In this document: positions 10,114-19,922 of the stretch, in pieces
Position numbering within the stretch: position 1 is the first letter of the stretch
How the letters are laid out: the number at the start of each line of letters is the position of its first letter
Origin: Bdellovibrionales bacterium
GTDB taxonomy: Bacteria > Bdellovibrionota > UBA1018 > CAIMNF01
Length of the DNA: 42,734 bases
NCBI GenBank assembly: GCA_040380025.1
Contig: JBEIJY010000019.1
Coordinates: 1 to 42,734 of the forward strand
Direction of reading: 5' to 3'
Program-made: the position numbers and the translations under genes
Notes under the pieces: generated by a model
What the model was told of the DNA's origin: nothing
Databases searched by the model: none
Seen by the model: the letters and a program-made list of their open reading frames with translations, nothing else

Positions 10114-10690
10114 ACGTCCGTGGGGTCCCTTCCTGCTCGTGCTGTCGTGTCTTTTCGCCGGCACCGCGCGTGCGGGCCTGATCATCGACAACCACCTGTT
10201 TTATTCGTCTTCGGCCCTGAAGACGACCGACAACGAAACCGGCGCGCGCTATACGACCTCGCTCTTCATCGGCGCGAGCATCCCGAAAATCTGGTTCATC
10301 GGCTGGAAGTCGACCCTCTTTGCCGATTCGACCAAGGACTCGGCGGGAGAATCGAAGATCTCGGGCATCGAAATGGGGCCCCGCGCGGGCATCTTCATCG
10401 GCAAATCCCGCTGGTGGAGCTTCACCACCACATATTTGCCGGTCCATACCGGCAAATACACCTCGAGTGCGGGCGTGGAATCGAAGCTCACCGGATCGGG
10501 ATTCGAGTTCGAGCTCACCTTCGCCCCCGAGGTGTTCAAGAACCTTTCTCCCGGGGTCTCGCTCCTCTACCACATGGGCTCGTATTCGAGTTCGACCGAC
10601 TCCGCGAACACCACTTCGAATGTGAGCTACAGTCGCACCGGAATCACTCCCTCGATCTATCTGCACTGGGTGTTCGGCGGCCTCGATTGA
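10100..10690 (+). CDS. Secreted protein, probable small outer-membrane beta-barrel
   Basis: Signal peptide ending ARA-G, alternating aromatic/Gly beta-strand pattern, and C-terminal YLHWVF-like strand. Confidence 0.6.
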   Translation: MLRPERPWGPFLLVLSCLFAGTARAGLIIDNHLFYSSSALKTTDNETGARYTTSLFIGASIPKIWFIGWKSTLFADSTKDSAGESKISGIEMGPRAGIFIGKSRWWSFTTTYLPVHTGKYTSSAGVESKLTGSGFEFELTFAPEVFKNLSPGVSLLYHMGSYSSSTDSANTTSNVSYSRTGITPSIYLHWVFGGLD

Positions 10691-10909
10691 GAGCGAAATG
10701 ATCCCGCTGGTGCGCTTTTGACACCAGCATCAGAATCGGCATCCCGGTTCAACACGAAAAAAACGCCAATAAAAAATCGCTCAAAAACTAGGCAAAAAAT
10801 GCTCTTTTTTTGCTGAAAATATTTTGTCTCCGGCGCCCCGAAGGAAGCGGAATCATTTTCCCTTTTATTACACTTTTTCTATGAAACAATATTTCTGGGA
10901 GAATTCACG

Positions 10910-11494
10910 ATGTGCCAAGGAAGGCGTTTCGGATCTTTGCTTCTGGTTGTTTTCGTATCGGCATGCGGCGCGCCCCACGCGGGCTGGAAGGATCTTCCGG
11001 TTCCGATTTATGCCGATGCCAAGCTCACCGGCTCGTCCGGAATGATGAGCGATCTGAAGGACGCCTTCGCGTTCTGGGATGCGAAAGCCGGCCGGCAGGT
11101 GTTCGAGTTCCGGGGTGAGTGGAAGGGCGGACAACCCTATGCGGGCGATCCGACGAAGCCTTCCGAGATTCTCGGCAACGTGATCTTTTTTGCAAATCCC
11201 TGGCCGTACGCCGCGAATTTCGTCGGAATGACCACAGTCCAGAACTCCTCGGAGGGAACCGAGGCCGCGATGGTGATGATCAACGGCACGACCTCGTTCT
11301 GCAACGGGGACTGCGAGAAAGACTACTTCCAGATCAGCTCCCGGAAGACCTTGGCCCACGAACTCGGACATTTCATCGGAATGGATCACAACCGGAACAA
11401 GGGCGACATCATGTATCCGGACGCGCAACCGGGCGGACAGATCGATCACCTTACGATCGACATCGAGGCCCTGAAGAAGATCCTTCCGGAATAA
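10910..11494 (+). CDS. Matrixin-like (metzincin) zinc metalloprotease lipoprotein
   Basis: Lipobox-like FVSA-C, AF..W motif, HELGHFIGMDH zinc motif and Met-turn IMYP. Confidence 0.85.
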   Translation: MCQGRRFGSLLLVVFVSACGAPHAGWKDLPVPIYADAKLTGSSGMMSDLKDAFAFWDAKAGRQVFEFRGEWKGGQPYAGDPTKPSEILGNVIFFANPWPYAANFVGMTTVQNSSEGTEAAMVMINGTTSFCNGDCEKDYFQISSRKTLAHELGHFIGMDHNRNKGDIMYPDAQPGGQIDHLTIDIEALKKILPE

Positions 11495-11500
11495 GACCGC

Positions 11501-12793
11501 TTACGCAGTCTCGCGTTTTTCGGATTTCTCGCCCATCACCAGAGTGGGCTTCTCGCCGCCCGTGATGGACGCCTTCGTGATCACGCATTTGCGGATTCCC
11601 GAGTCGCCGGGAAGATCGAACATCACATCGAGCATGGCCTGTTCGACGATCGCGCGAAGACCCCGCGCACCGGTGTTCCGCTTGATCGCCTCTTTGGCGA
11701 TCGCATCGAGGGCATCGGGCTCGAATTCGAGCGAGACTCCATCGTATTCGAGAAGCTTCTGATACTGCTTCGTGAGCGCGTTCCGGGGTTGGGTCAGGAT
11801 ATTCACGAGCGCCGCCTCGTCGAGCTCCTCGAGCGTGGCAATGACGGGCACGCGTCCGATGAACTCGGGAATCATCCCGAATTTGACCAGATCCTCGGGC
11901 TCCGCTTTCGCGAACAACTTCGAGAGGGACAGATCATCCTTCGTGGTGATGTTCGCATTGAACCCCATGGAGCGCTTGCCGCTCCGCTGGGCCACGATCT
12001 TGTCGAGACCCACGAAGGCCCCGCCCACGATGAACAGGATGTTCCTCGTGTCGACCTGGATGAATTCCTGCTGGGGATGCTTGCGCCCGCCCTTCGGGGG
12101 GATGTTCGCAATGGTTCCCTCCATCAGCTTCAGGAGCGCCTGCTGGACGCCCTCCCCGCTCACATCGCGGGTGATGGACGGGTTCTCGCTTTTTCGGGAG
12201 ATCTTGTCGATCTCGTCGACGTAAATGATCCCGCGCTGGGCTTTTTCGACATTGTTCTCGGCGTTCTGGAGCAGGTTCAGGATGATGTTCTCGACATCCT
12301 CCCCGACATATCCCGCCTCGGTCAGCGTTGTGGCATCGGCGATCGCGAATGGCACGTTCAAGACCCTGGCGAGGGACTCGGCAAGAAGGGTCTTGCCCGA
12401 TCCGGTCGGCCCGATCAGAAGAATGTTGCTCTTTGCGATCTCGACTCCCGACTTGTCGCCTTTTCGGAGACCGGTCTGGTGGTTGATTCGCTTGTAATGG
12501 TTGTAGACCGCGACCGAGAGAATGCGCTTCGCCCGCTCCTGGCCGATCACGTATTCATCCAAAAACGACTTGATCTCGGCGGGTTTCGGCAATGCCATCG
12601 ATCCTGCGGTTCCGGTCGACGACCCCGGCGTCTTCTGGCCTTCTTCGCGGATGATGTCGTTGCAAAGATCGATGCACTCATCGCAGATGTACACGCTCGG
12701 TCCTGCGATCAGCTTCTTGACCTCACGCTGGCCCTTGCCGCAAAACGAACAGGTCAGGTTGCCCATGCTGTTACCGTACTTCGGAGTATCCAT
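11501..12793 (-). CDS. clpX: ATP-dependent Clp protease ATP-binding subunit
   Basis: C4 zinc finger CSFC...[35 protein letters not shown] loop and TGARGLR. Confidence 0.98.
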   Translation of the reverse strand: MDTPKYGNSMGNLTCSFCGKGQREVKKLIAGPSVYICDECIDLCNDIIREEGQKTPGSSTGTAGSMALPKPAEIKSFLDEYVIGQERAKRILSVAVYNHYKRINHQTGLRKGDKSGVEIAKSNILLIGPTGSGKTLLAESLARVLNVPFAIADATTLTEAGYVGEDVENIILNLLQNAENNVEKAQRGIIYVDEIDKISRKSENPSITRDVSGEGVQQALLKLMEGTIANIPPKGGRKHPQQEFIQVDTRNILFIVGGAFVGLDKIVAQRSGKRSMGFNANITTKDDLSLSKLFAKAEPEDLVKFGMIPEFIGRVPVIATLEELDEAALVNILTQPRNALTKQYQKLLEYDGVSLEFEPDALDAIAKEAIKRNTGARGLRAIVEQAMLDVMFDLPGDSGIRKCVITKASITGGEKPTLVMGEKSEKRETA

Positions 12794-12796
12794 CGA

Positions 12797-13477
12797 CTAC
12801 GCTCCCCTCTTCTCGACCACCTTGTCGATCAGGCCGTATTCCGCGGCCTCGTGTGCGCTCAGGTAATTGTCGCGATCGGTGTCTTTTTCGATCTGCTCGA
12901 GCGGACGGCCGGTATGACGGGCAAGCGCCTCGTTCAGCCGCTTCTTCAGGTAGAGGATCTCTTTCGCCTGGATCTCGATGTCGGAAGCCTGACCGCGGGC
13001 TCCGCCGAGGGGCTGGTGGATCATGATCCGCGAACTCGGCAGTGAAAAGCGCTTTCCCTTCGCGCCGGCAGAGAGCAAAAATGCCCCCATCGAGGCCGCC
13101 ATGCCGATACAATAGGTCGCGACATCGCACTGGATGAAGTTCATGATGTCGTAAATTCCGAGCCCCGCGTACACGGAACCGCCCGGGCTATTGATGTAAA
13201 AGTGGATGTCCTTGTCGGGATCGCTCGACTCCAAGAAGAACATCTGGGCGATCAGGAGGTTCGCCACCACATCGTTCACCTCGGTCCCCAAAAAGATGAT
13301 CCGGTCGATCAGAAGACGGGAGTAAATGTCGTACTGACGCTCCCCCCTTGCCGTCTGCTCCACCACGATCGGATTCGGAATGTAGCCCCGCGGCGCAAGC
13401 TCGGGGTGAAATCCGACGATCTCGGGTTGAACCAGGCTGGAAGGAATTTGAATGCCGGAAACGGAACGAATCAACAT
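12797..13477 (-). CDS. clpP: Clp protease proteolytic subunit, with ~30-aa N-terminal extension
   Basis: [23 protein letters not shown], catalytic AASMG and MIHQP, DRDNY; RBS AAGGAG. Confidence 0.97.
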   Translation of the reverse strand: MLIRSVSGIQIPSSLVQPEIVGFHPELAPRGYIPNPIVVEQTARGERQYDIYSRLLIDRIIFLGTEVNDVVANLLIAQMFFLESSDPDKDIHFYINSPGGSVYAGLGIYDIMNFIQCDVATYCIGMAASMGAFLLSAGAKGKRFSLPSSRIMIHQPLGGARGQASDIEIQAKEILYLKKRLNEALARHTGRPLEQIEKDTDRDNYLSAHEAAEYGLIDKVVEKRGA

Positions 13478-13619
13478 GGGATTTCTACTCCTTGGTGAGC
13501 AACCATTAAGACCCTCGGACTCTTATCGGTCATCTTAGAACATCGCTCAAGGAAATAAAATCCCGTCTTTCCTGACGGTGCTCCGGGCCACACCACACCA
13601 AAACGACCGGTAGACCGGG

Positions 13620-13910
13620 TTAATTGATGGATTGCTTGGAATCCGGCTCGGGATGGGCATCACTTTCGAGCGACATTTGCTCGTTGATCGATTCGAGGCA
13701 CTCGAGAAGAAGAGACCTGAGCTCATTCATCGTCAACTCGTTGACAGATGCTCCGGGCTTGCCCAATAGCTCAGAAAGCGCCGAGTCCAGAGACTCCTCG
13801 GGGATCCCTGTCATGCGGACGACCTCCTGAAGCACTTCTCTGCCTTCTGGCATGGCTTCCGACGCGGTCTCTGGCGTCATTTCGATCGAGCTGTCCTGCT
13901 CTTCTCTCAT
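13620..13910 (-). CDS. Small acidic helical hypothetical protein
   Basis: ORF with GGAGG RBS before ATG 13910; amphipathic helical core TGIPEE...ELTMNELRSLL; fills the gap upstream of clpP. Confidence 0.6.
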   Translation of the reverse strand: MREEQDSSIEMTPETASEAMPEGREVLQEVVRMTGIPEESLDSALSELLGKPGASVNELTMNELRSLLLECLESINEQMSLESDAHPEPDSKQSIN

Positions 13911-14032
13911 TGGTTTTCCTCCAATGGGCACCCCTTACTCCGTGGGGTTCCCCCGTTTCCCGCTCCCAGTATCTTACCGCATCAAAAAACTTTGCAACTG
14001 AAATCTTTGCAAAACTTTGCTTAAATGGGCCC

Positions 14033-14536
14033 ATGACTCTCCCGTCCAAATCTCCGCAGGAATCGGCCGTGACCATGACCGAAATCGTTCTCCCCCAGCA
14101 CACGAACGCTCTGGGCTCGATCTTCGGCGGAACCGTGATGTCGTGGATCGACATCGCAGGCGCGATCTGTGCCGGAAAGCATGCACGCTCCGACGTCGTG
14201 ACCGCCTCGATCGATGCGCTTCACTTCATCAAGCCCATTCGGCTCGGGTACCATGTCGAACTGAAGGCCTCGGTGAACTACACCGGCACCACCTCGATGG
14301 AGGTCGGAGTCCGCGTTGACACCGAAAACCCGAAAACCGGAGAGCGCTTTCATAATGTGAGCGCGTACCTGACCTTTGTGGCGCTCGGGCCCGATGGCAA
14401 AGCGGTTCCGGTTCCGCCCCTGCTTCTCAAGACCGATGCCGAAAAACGCCGCAATCAGGCCGCACGCATCCGAAGGCAATCCCGGATCCAGCTTGCCCAG
14501 GAGCTGAAGGCCGAGACCGCGAAATCGGGATCATGA
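14033..14536 (+). CDS. Acyl-CoA thioesterase (hotdog fold, YciA-like)
   Basis: VLPQHTNALGSIFGG.VMSWID, VVTASID..HF..PI, TG.TSMEVGVRV, AYLTFVAL. Confidence 0.93.
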   Translation: MTLPSKSPQESAVTMTEIVLPQHTNALGSIFGGTVMSWIDIAGAICAGKHARSDVVTASIDALHFIKPIRLGYHVELKASVNYTGTTSMEVGVRVDTENPKTGERFHNVSAYLTFVALGPDGKAVPVPPLLLKTDAEKRRNQAARIRRQSRIQLAQELKAETAKSGS

Positions 14537-15003
14537 GCGCCCATATCGATTCTTCTTTTTTCGGGATTTTCGAAGATCTGATCCTGACCAAGAACGGCAT
14601 CTGGCTCTCGAACGGCGAAGAGATCTCGCACGAAAAAACCCTGCTCGCATTTTCGCGGAACCTGTACCGGTGCAAGGACGGGTTCGAGATCCGCATCGGA
14701 CCCGAGCGAAAGGCGGTTCACGTCGAGGACACTCTTTATTTTGTGAAATCCCTGGAGGGCGATCCCGCGATCGGCTACACGCTCTCTTTGAATGACGGAA
14801 GAAAAGCGGAGCTGGCACCCGAAACCCTGTGCTATCGGCCGGGACGGCTCACCTGCAAGGTGCCACACCCGAATGAGGGCACGAACGAAGAGGCGAAATT
14901 CCTAAGCCAGGCGTATTACCAGATATTAAGCCACCTGGAGCCCGAAAAGGATGGCTTTCGACTTACGATCGAAGGGAAGACGGTTCACTTTCGCGAGGAG
15001 TGA
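14533..15003 (+). CDS. Hypothetical protein resembling DUF1285-like family
   Basis: G.W..NGEEI.H, .VED..YFV and L.LNDG...L.PETL patterns; ATGA overlap with the thioesterase gene. Confidence 0.6.
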   Translation: MSAHIDSSFFGIFEDLILTKNGIWLSNGEEISHEKTLLAFSRNLYRCKDGFEIRIGPERKAVHVEDTLYFVKSLEGDPAIGYTLSLNDGRKAELAPETLCYRPGRLTCKVPHPNEGTNEEAKFLSQAYYQILSHLEPEKDGFRLTIEGKTVHFREE

Positions 15004-15379
15004 GCGTGAGACCGCTTTCGACCGCATAGGCCACATACGAGACATGCTCCGATGACATCATGAGCGCGTCGATCGGACGAATGCCCTCGAATACGGAGTT
15101 CGGACGTTTCAGCCATTCGTTTTGCAGGGCGGCCGTAGGATACACGCACAGGAGCTTTCGATACAACCCCACCAAGGGCACAGCCGGGAGGAGCTCCGCC
15201 GGAACAGAGGGCAGATCCTCGACTGCGGCGGGTTCGAGTTCCAGAAACCGGGAGAGGACCTCGACCGGAACGTGGGTAATCCGCGCAAGCTCCGCCGAAT
15301 CGAGTTCCCACCCGGTTTGAATCCGTTGCAGCCACTCCACAAGATGCAAATTTTCGTCTCTCATTCCATCCGCCTTCAT
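14963..15379 (-). CDS. Xre/MbcA/ParS-type antitoxin-like protein (HTH plus DUF2384-like C-terminus)
   Basis: W.L...ELARI..V helix-turn-helix-like region and EWLKRPN..F.G.RPID.L motif; overlaps the dusB stop codon. Confidence 0.65.
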   Translation of the reverse strand: MKADGMRDENLHLVEWLQRIQTGWELDSAELARITHVPVEVLSRFLELEPAAVEDLPSVPAELLPAVPLVGLYRKLLCVYPTAALQNEWLKRPNSVFEGIRPIDALMMSSEHVSYVAYAVESGLTLTPRESEPSSLRS

Positions 15380-16392
15380 CCGTGACCACCCATCAAAAAG
15401 GGCTCATTCAAAAACCCGAAGTCGCGCTTGGCGATCGAGACGCGAAAGAACTGCTCCGCGTTCTCCCAAAGCTCCTGCTCGTCCTGGATGTGAAACACGT
15501 TCTTCCGGAACTCGCTTGCGCCGGGGTATCCGCTCGAATACCACGCCAGGAACTTCCGTGCATGAAGAAGCACCGAGCGGCCTTCGAACACATCCGAAAG
15601 ATAGCCCCGTTGCTTCGACAACAGCTCCAGAATGCGAGCGGCCGTCACGGGCTTCGGGTTCCGGCCCGCGAGCAGATCGGCAGACTGCTCGAACAAAAAC
15701 GGATTCCGGAGCGCTCCGCGACCGATCATCACCGCATCGACGCCATAGGTGCGGTAGCGCGACACCGCCTGCTCGGCCGTTCCGACGTCACCGTTTCCGA
15801 TGATCGGAAGCGGGCTTTTTGCCTTGATCTCACCGATGAAATCCCAATCGGCCTCGCCACTGTACCCTTGGGCCCGGGTGCGACCGTGGATCGCAACCCA
15901 CGCCACGCCCGCATCGGCGGCGACCCGCACCACCTCGGCCGCATTCCGGAGCGAGGCATCCCAGCCGGTGCGGATCTTGATGGTCACGGGAATCTTCACC
16001 GAGCGCACCATCGATTGCAGAATCACGCCTAATGCCGCGGGATTCCGGCACATGGCCGAGCCCGCCCCTTTTTTGACCACCTTGGGAACCGGGCATCCGA
16101 GATTGAGATCGACAAAATCAGCGCCCATGCGCTCGACGACCTGACAGGCTTTGACGAGATTCTCTTCGTCCTCGCCGAAAATCTGAAGCCCCACCGTGCG
16201 CTCCTGTTCGACGAACTTCAGGAGCTCGAGCGTGCGATGGGACGCATGTTCGATTCCGTTCGCCGAGACGAGCTCGCTGATCACGACCGAGCTTCCGTAC
16301 TCGCGCATCAGGCGGCGAAACGGGGAATTCGTGATTCCGGCCATCGGGGCCAGCAAAAAAGGATGATCGACAGTAAAAGGACCGAGTTTCAT
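15376..16392 (-). CDS. dusB: tRNA-dihydrouridine synthase, DusB type
   Basis: LAPMAG.T..PFR, QIFG, DLNLGCP..KV, PVTIKIR.GW, IHGRTR.Q.Y.G.ADW, IGNGDV, VMIGRGAL.NP. Confidence 0.93.
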   Translation of the reverse strand: MKLGPFTVDHPFLLAPMAGITNSPFRRLMREYGSSVVISELVSANGIEHASHRTLELLKFVEQERTVGLQIFGEDEENLVKACQVVERMGADFVDLNLGCPVPKVVKKGAGSAMCRNPAALGVILQSMVRSVKIPVTIKIRTGWDASLRNAAEVVRVAADAGVAWVAIHGRTRAQGYSGEADWDFIGEIKAKSPLPIIGNGDVGTAEQAVSRYRTYGVDAVMIGRGALRNPFLFEQSADLLAGRNPKPVTAARILELLSKQRGYLSDVFEGRSVLLHARKFLAWYSSGYPGASEFRKNVFHIQDEQELWENAEQFFRVSIAKRDFGFLNEPFLMGGHG

Positions 16393-16404
16393 GAAACCGC
16401 GCAA

Positions 16405-17490
16405 TCAGGCCTTCAGGACACCGCGACGGATCTGATCGCGCTCGATCGCCTCGAAAAGCGCCTTGAAGTTCCCCTCACCGAAGCCATCATTGCCCTTGCG
16501 CTCGATGATCTCGAGAAAAAACGGCCCGACCAGCTCTTCGGTGAAGATCTGCATGAGGTACCCGCCGCCCTCGCCGTCGAGCAGGATTCCGAGCTCTTCC
16601 AAAACCGCGAGATCTTCGGTCACTCCGGGAACCCGGGTCGGCACGACCTCGTAGTACGAATGGGGCACCGAAAGAAACTTGAACCCGCGATTCCGGAAGG
16701 TGCGAAGACCGCCGATGATGTCGGTGGTCTGGAGCGCAAGGTGCTGGACTCCGGCACCCTTGAAGCGGTTCACGAACTCCTGCACCTGGCTTTCGGGCTC
16801 GGTGGCCTCGTTGATCGGCACTTTGATTTTTCCGCAGGGCGACTGGACGACATCCGAGAGAAGCCCTGTCCGGCCGGTTTTGATGTTGAACCGGCGCACT
16901 GCCTTGAACCCGAATACGCGAGTGTAGAAATCGAGCCAGATGTCGAACTGGCCCATGTCGATGTTGTTCGTCAGGTGATCGATCCGGAACAAACCGGTCG
17001 GCGACGGACTCTCAAGACGCTCCACCGCCAAAGAATCGATGAAGAGTGCGGGCTTTTGCTTGTCCGGGGAGGACTTGCGCTGAACAAAGCGGTAGCGAAA
17101 GTCGGCCGGAGTGTACACCTCCGAGAGCACCACGGTGCCTTCGGGCGATTCAAACGTCGCAGGCTCCATCGCGGGTCGCGCTCCGCGCGCCACGACCTCA
17201 CGAAATGCCGCGGCCGAATCTTCGACCTCGGCGGCGAGAACGCAAATGCCATCTCCGTGCGCCTTCAAGAACGACCACCCGGCTTGCGTCTTCGCCTGGG
17301 CGCTGTCGTCGTATTCGGTCAGAAGAATCCGGATCGCCCCCTGCGCCATCACCACATGACGGGCGCCTTTTGCCGGAACCTTCGTGTCGGCGATTTTTTC
17401 GAATCCGAGCGCGGCCCACTTCGCTTCGTGCGAGGAAATCTCGTTTACCGAAAACTCCACATGGTCAAAGCCCTGATTCAGAAGTTTCAT
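16405..17490 (-). CDS. hppD: 4-hydroxyphenylpyruvate dioxygenase
   Basis: GFDHVEF, HGDG, IDHLTNN, KVPINE, SQVQEF...KGAGVQHLAL, QIFT, FFLEIIERKGNDGFGEGNFKALFEAIERDQ.RRG. Confidence 0.96.
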   Translation of the reverse strand: MKLLNQGFDHVEFSVNEISSHEAKWAALGFEKIADTKVPAKGARHVVMAQGAIRILLTEYDDSAQAKTQAGWSFLKAHGDGICVLAAEVEDSAAAFREVVARGARPAMEPATFESPEGTVVLSEVYTPADFRYRFVQRKSSPDKQKPALFIDSLAVERLESPSPTGLFRIDHLTNNIDMGQFDIWLDFYTRVFGFKAVRRFNIKTGRTGLLSDVVQSPCGKIKVPINEATEPESQVQEFVNRFKGAGVQHLALQTTDIIGGLRTFRNRGFKFLSVPHSYYEVVPTRVPGVTEDLAVLEELGILLDGEGGGYLMQIFTEELVGPFFLEIIERKGNDGFGEGNFKALFEAIERDQIRRGVLKA

Positions 17491-19463
17491 TGCAGAAGAT
17501 CTCCGTAGGCGCTTCCGGGATCGGCCACACTCGACACCGAGGGCTGGAGATCCGGCTTGAAGTTGTCGATGTAAGTATACCCCTGAAGCACATTCTCGTA
17601 GAAGTTCTGAAGCTCCACGCCCTCACGCGGCTTGATGAGGCCCTCGCGCACCTTCCGGTCGATCAGGCTCTTCACTTCTTGCTCGATGTGGGCCGGAGAA
17701 TACTGGATCCACGAAAGGACCGATGCGATGTTGTTCCCCTTGATGACCTCTTCGACGTAGTATCCGCCGGGCTCGGTATCATCCAGGAACACGTGGACCT
17801 CGTTCACTTTTCCGAAAAGATTGTGAAGATCGCCCATGATGTCCTGATACGCACCGGTCAAAAAGAACCCGATGTAGTAGGCCTCGTTGCCCTTCAGCGC
17901 ATGGAGCCGGATGGTGTCTTTCACGTCGCGCAGGTCGACGAATTTGCAAACTTTCCCGTCGGAATCGCAGGTAATATCGACGAGCGTCGCCGTGCGGGTC
18001 GGCTCTTCGTCCAGACGGTGGACCGGCATGACGGGAAAGAGCTGTTGGATGGCCCAGTGATCCGGCATGGATTGGAAAATCGAAAAGTTGCAAAGATACT
18101 GATCAGCCAGGGCCTTTGTGATCTTCTCGACCTCTTCGGGCACGTAGCGCATGTCGGGCGCCCACTGCTGGACCTTGCGACAAAGCTGCCAGAAGAGGTG
18201 CTCGATCTTGGCGCGATCCTGGATCGTCAGCACCCCGAGCTTGAACATCGAGAGCGCTTCTTCTTTTCGCTGGATCGCCTCGTTCAGGCTCTCCATCAGG
18301 TTCTTGTAGCTGATGTTCTGATACGCGTAGCGCATCTCTTTTACGACATTGTGCTCGTCGTCGGTCTCGGGGAGATCGATCGGAGTCGTGCCGACCTCGA
18401 TCGAGCCGAAGATGTTCACGATCAGTACCGAGTGATGGGCCGCGATGGCGCGACCGCTCTCTGAGACAATGGTCGGGACGGGAACTTCCTCGCTCGTGCA
18501 GATTTCCTGGATCGAGTAAACCACGTCGGAGCAATACTCCTGAAGCGAGTAGTTGGTGGAACTTTCGAAGTCGGTGCGGGAGCCGTCGTAATCGACGCCC
18601 AGACCGCCGCCCACGTCGAGGTATTCGAGCTTGTAGCCCATCTTGACGAGCTCGGCATAAAAGCGGGTGGCTTCCTTGACCGCCTCTTTGATCGTCCGGA
18701 TGTTCGTGACCTGCGAGCCGATGTGGAAGTGAAGAAGCTTGATGCTCTCTTCGAATCCTTCGTTCTTCAGGTAATTCACGCAGTACAGGATTTCTGGCGT
18801 GGTCAGTCCGAACTTGGCGAGCTCGCCGCCGGAACCTTCCCACTTGCCCGATCCCTTCGAGTTCAGTTTGCACCGAAGACCGAGCTGGGGGGTCACGCCC
18901 ATTTCTTTTGCGATCTTCACCACCGAGTGGACCTCGGAGAGCTTCTCGAGAACGATGATGACTTTCTTGCCGAGCTTGATGCCCATGAGCGCAAGACGCA
19001 TGACCGAGAAATCCTTGTAGCCGTTCACGATGGTGAGCGCATCGGGATGCAGATCCTGCGAGAGCACAGCCACGAGTTCGGCCTTCGAGCCGGCTTCGAG
19101 TCCGTAGGCGTAAGGACGACCCGCATCGACGACCTCTTCGACGACTTCGCGCATCTGGTTCACCTTGATCGGGTAAACCCCGCGATACACGCCCGGATAA
19201 TTCGACTCCTCGATCGCCTTCGCGAACGCCTCATTCAGCTGGATCACGCGATGACGGATGATGTCCTGAAAGCGCACCAGCAAAGGAAGCTCAAGCCCCT
19301 GTGAGGTCACTTCTTCGATCACTTTGGTGAGATCGATGCCCGGTCCATGCCCCTGCCTCGGATGAACGGTCAGGTTTCCGGCCGGATTGATATTGAAGTA
19401 CTGCCCGCCCCAGTTCTCGGTCTGGAACAGCTTTAAGGAATCGGATACACCCCAAGGTCTCAT
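17487..19463 (-). CDS. speA: Biosynthetic arginine decarboxylase
   Basis: YPIKVNQ (PLP Lys), GLEAGSK.EL, HFHIGSQ, DVGGGLGVDYDGS, ESGRA, NFS.FQS.PD.W, DITCDSDG, GAYQD..G.LHNLFG. Confidence 0.97.
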   Translation of the reverse strand: MRPWGVSDSLKLFQTENWGGQYFNINPAGNLTVHPRQGHGPGIDLTKVIEEVTSQGLELPLLVRFQDIIRHRVIQLNEAFAKAIEESNYPGVYRGVYPIKVNQMREVVEEVVDAGRPYAYGLEAGSKAELVAVLSQDLHPDALTIVNGYKDFSVMRLALMGIKLGKKVIIVLEKLSEVHSVVKIAKEMGVTPQLGLRCKLNSKGSGKWEGSGGELAKFGLTTPEILYCVNYLKNEGFEESIKLLHFHIGSQVTNIRTIKEAVKEATRFYAELVKMGYKLEYLDVGGGLGVDYDGSRTDFESSTNYSLQEYCSDVVYSIQEICTSEEVPVPTIVSESGRAIAAHHSVLIVNIFGSIEVGTTPIDLPETDDEHNVVKEMRYAYQNISYKNLMESLNEAIQRKEEALSMFKLGVLTIQDRAKIEHLFWQLCRKVQQWAPDMRYVPEEVEKITKALADQYLCNFSIFQSMPDHWAIQQLFPVMPVHRLDEEPTRTATLVDITCDSDGKVCKFVDLRDVKDTIRLHALKGNEAYYIGFFLTGAYQDIMGDLHNLFGKVNEVHVFLDDTEPGGYYVEEVIKGNNIASVLSWIQYSPAHIEQEVKSLIDRKVREGLIKPREGVELQNFYENVLQGYTYIDNFKPDLQPSVSSVADPGSAYGDLLQ

Positions 19464-19530
19464 ATGTTGACCCTTTTAGCAGGATTTGGCGGAGAAAGAA
19501 AGAAAACGGATTCCGGATTCTTTAAAAAAA

Positions 19531-19915
19531 CCACATCAGACTGTAAGCCGGGTTCTGTCTTCGCGCCCGGAGGCGCGGAGGCAATCATTCGTCTAGACGT
19601 CCGGTTGCCCGGAACATTCATCAGCAACCTGTACCCGAAGGTCTGACGAGCAAAGCTACTCTTCCTTCCTATTTGGTCTTGCTCCCGGCAGGGTTTTCCG
19701 TGCCCCGCACATTGCTGTGCGGGCGGTGAGCTCTTACCTCGCCTTTTCACCCTTGCTCTCTTCTTTGCAGAAAAAAGCGGTATCTTCTCTGTGGCACTTT
19801 CCGTGGAACGGGCCTTAGACCCGCCCCCCCGGCCGTTAGCCGGTGCCGTGCTTTGGGGAGCCCGGACTTTCCTCCCGCCCGCTTGCGCGAACCGGCGATT
19901 GCCCGTCTGATGTGG
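19531..19915 (-). ncRNA. rnpB: RNase P RNA (bacterial type A)
   Basis: Minus strand has GAGGAAAGTCCGGGC near the 5' end, AGTGCCACAGA, and ACAGAACCCGGCTTA near the 3' end. Termini CCACATCAGAC...GTCTGATGTGG form helix P1. Confidence 0.97.
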
Positions 19916-19922
19916 AAGCGGG

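Noticed and set aside
13505..13555. Possible sigma28-like element (ACCGATAA) upstream of clpP, and GTCGATAA near 42053-42060
   Set aside because: Only the -10-like half matches and the -35 elements are poor, so it cannot be supported from sequence alone.
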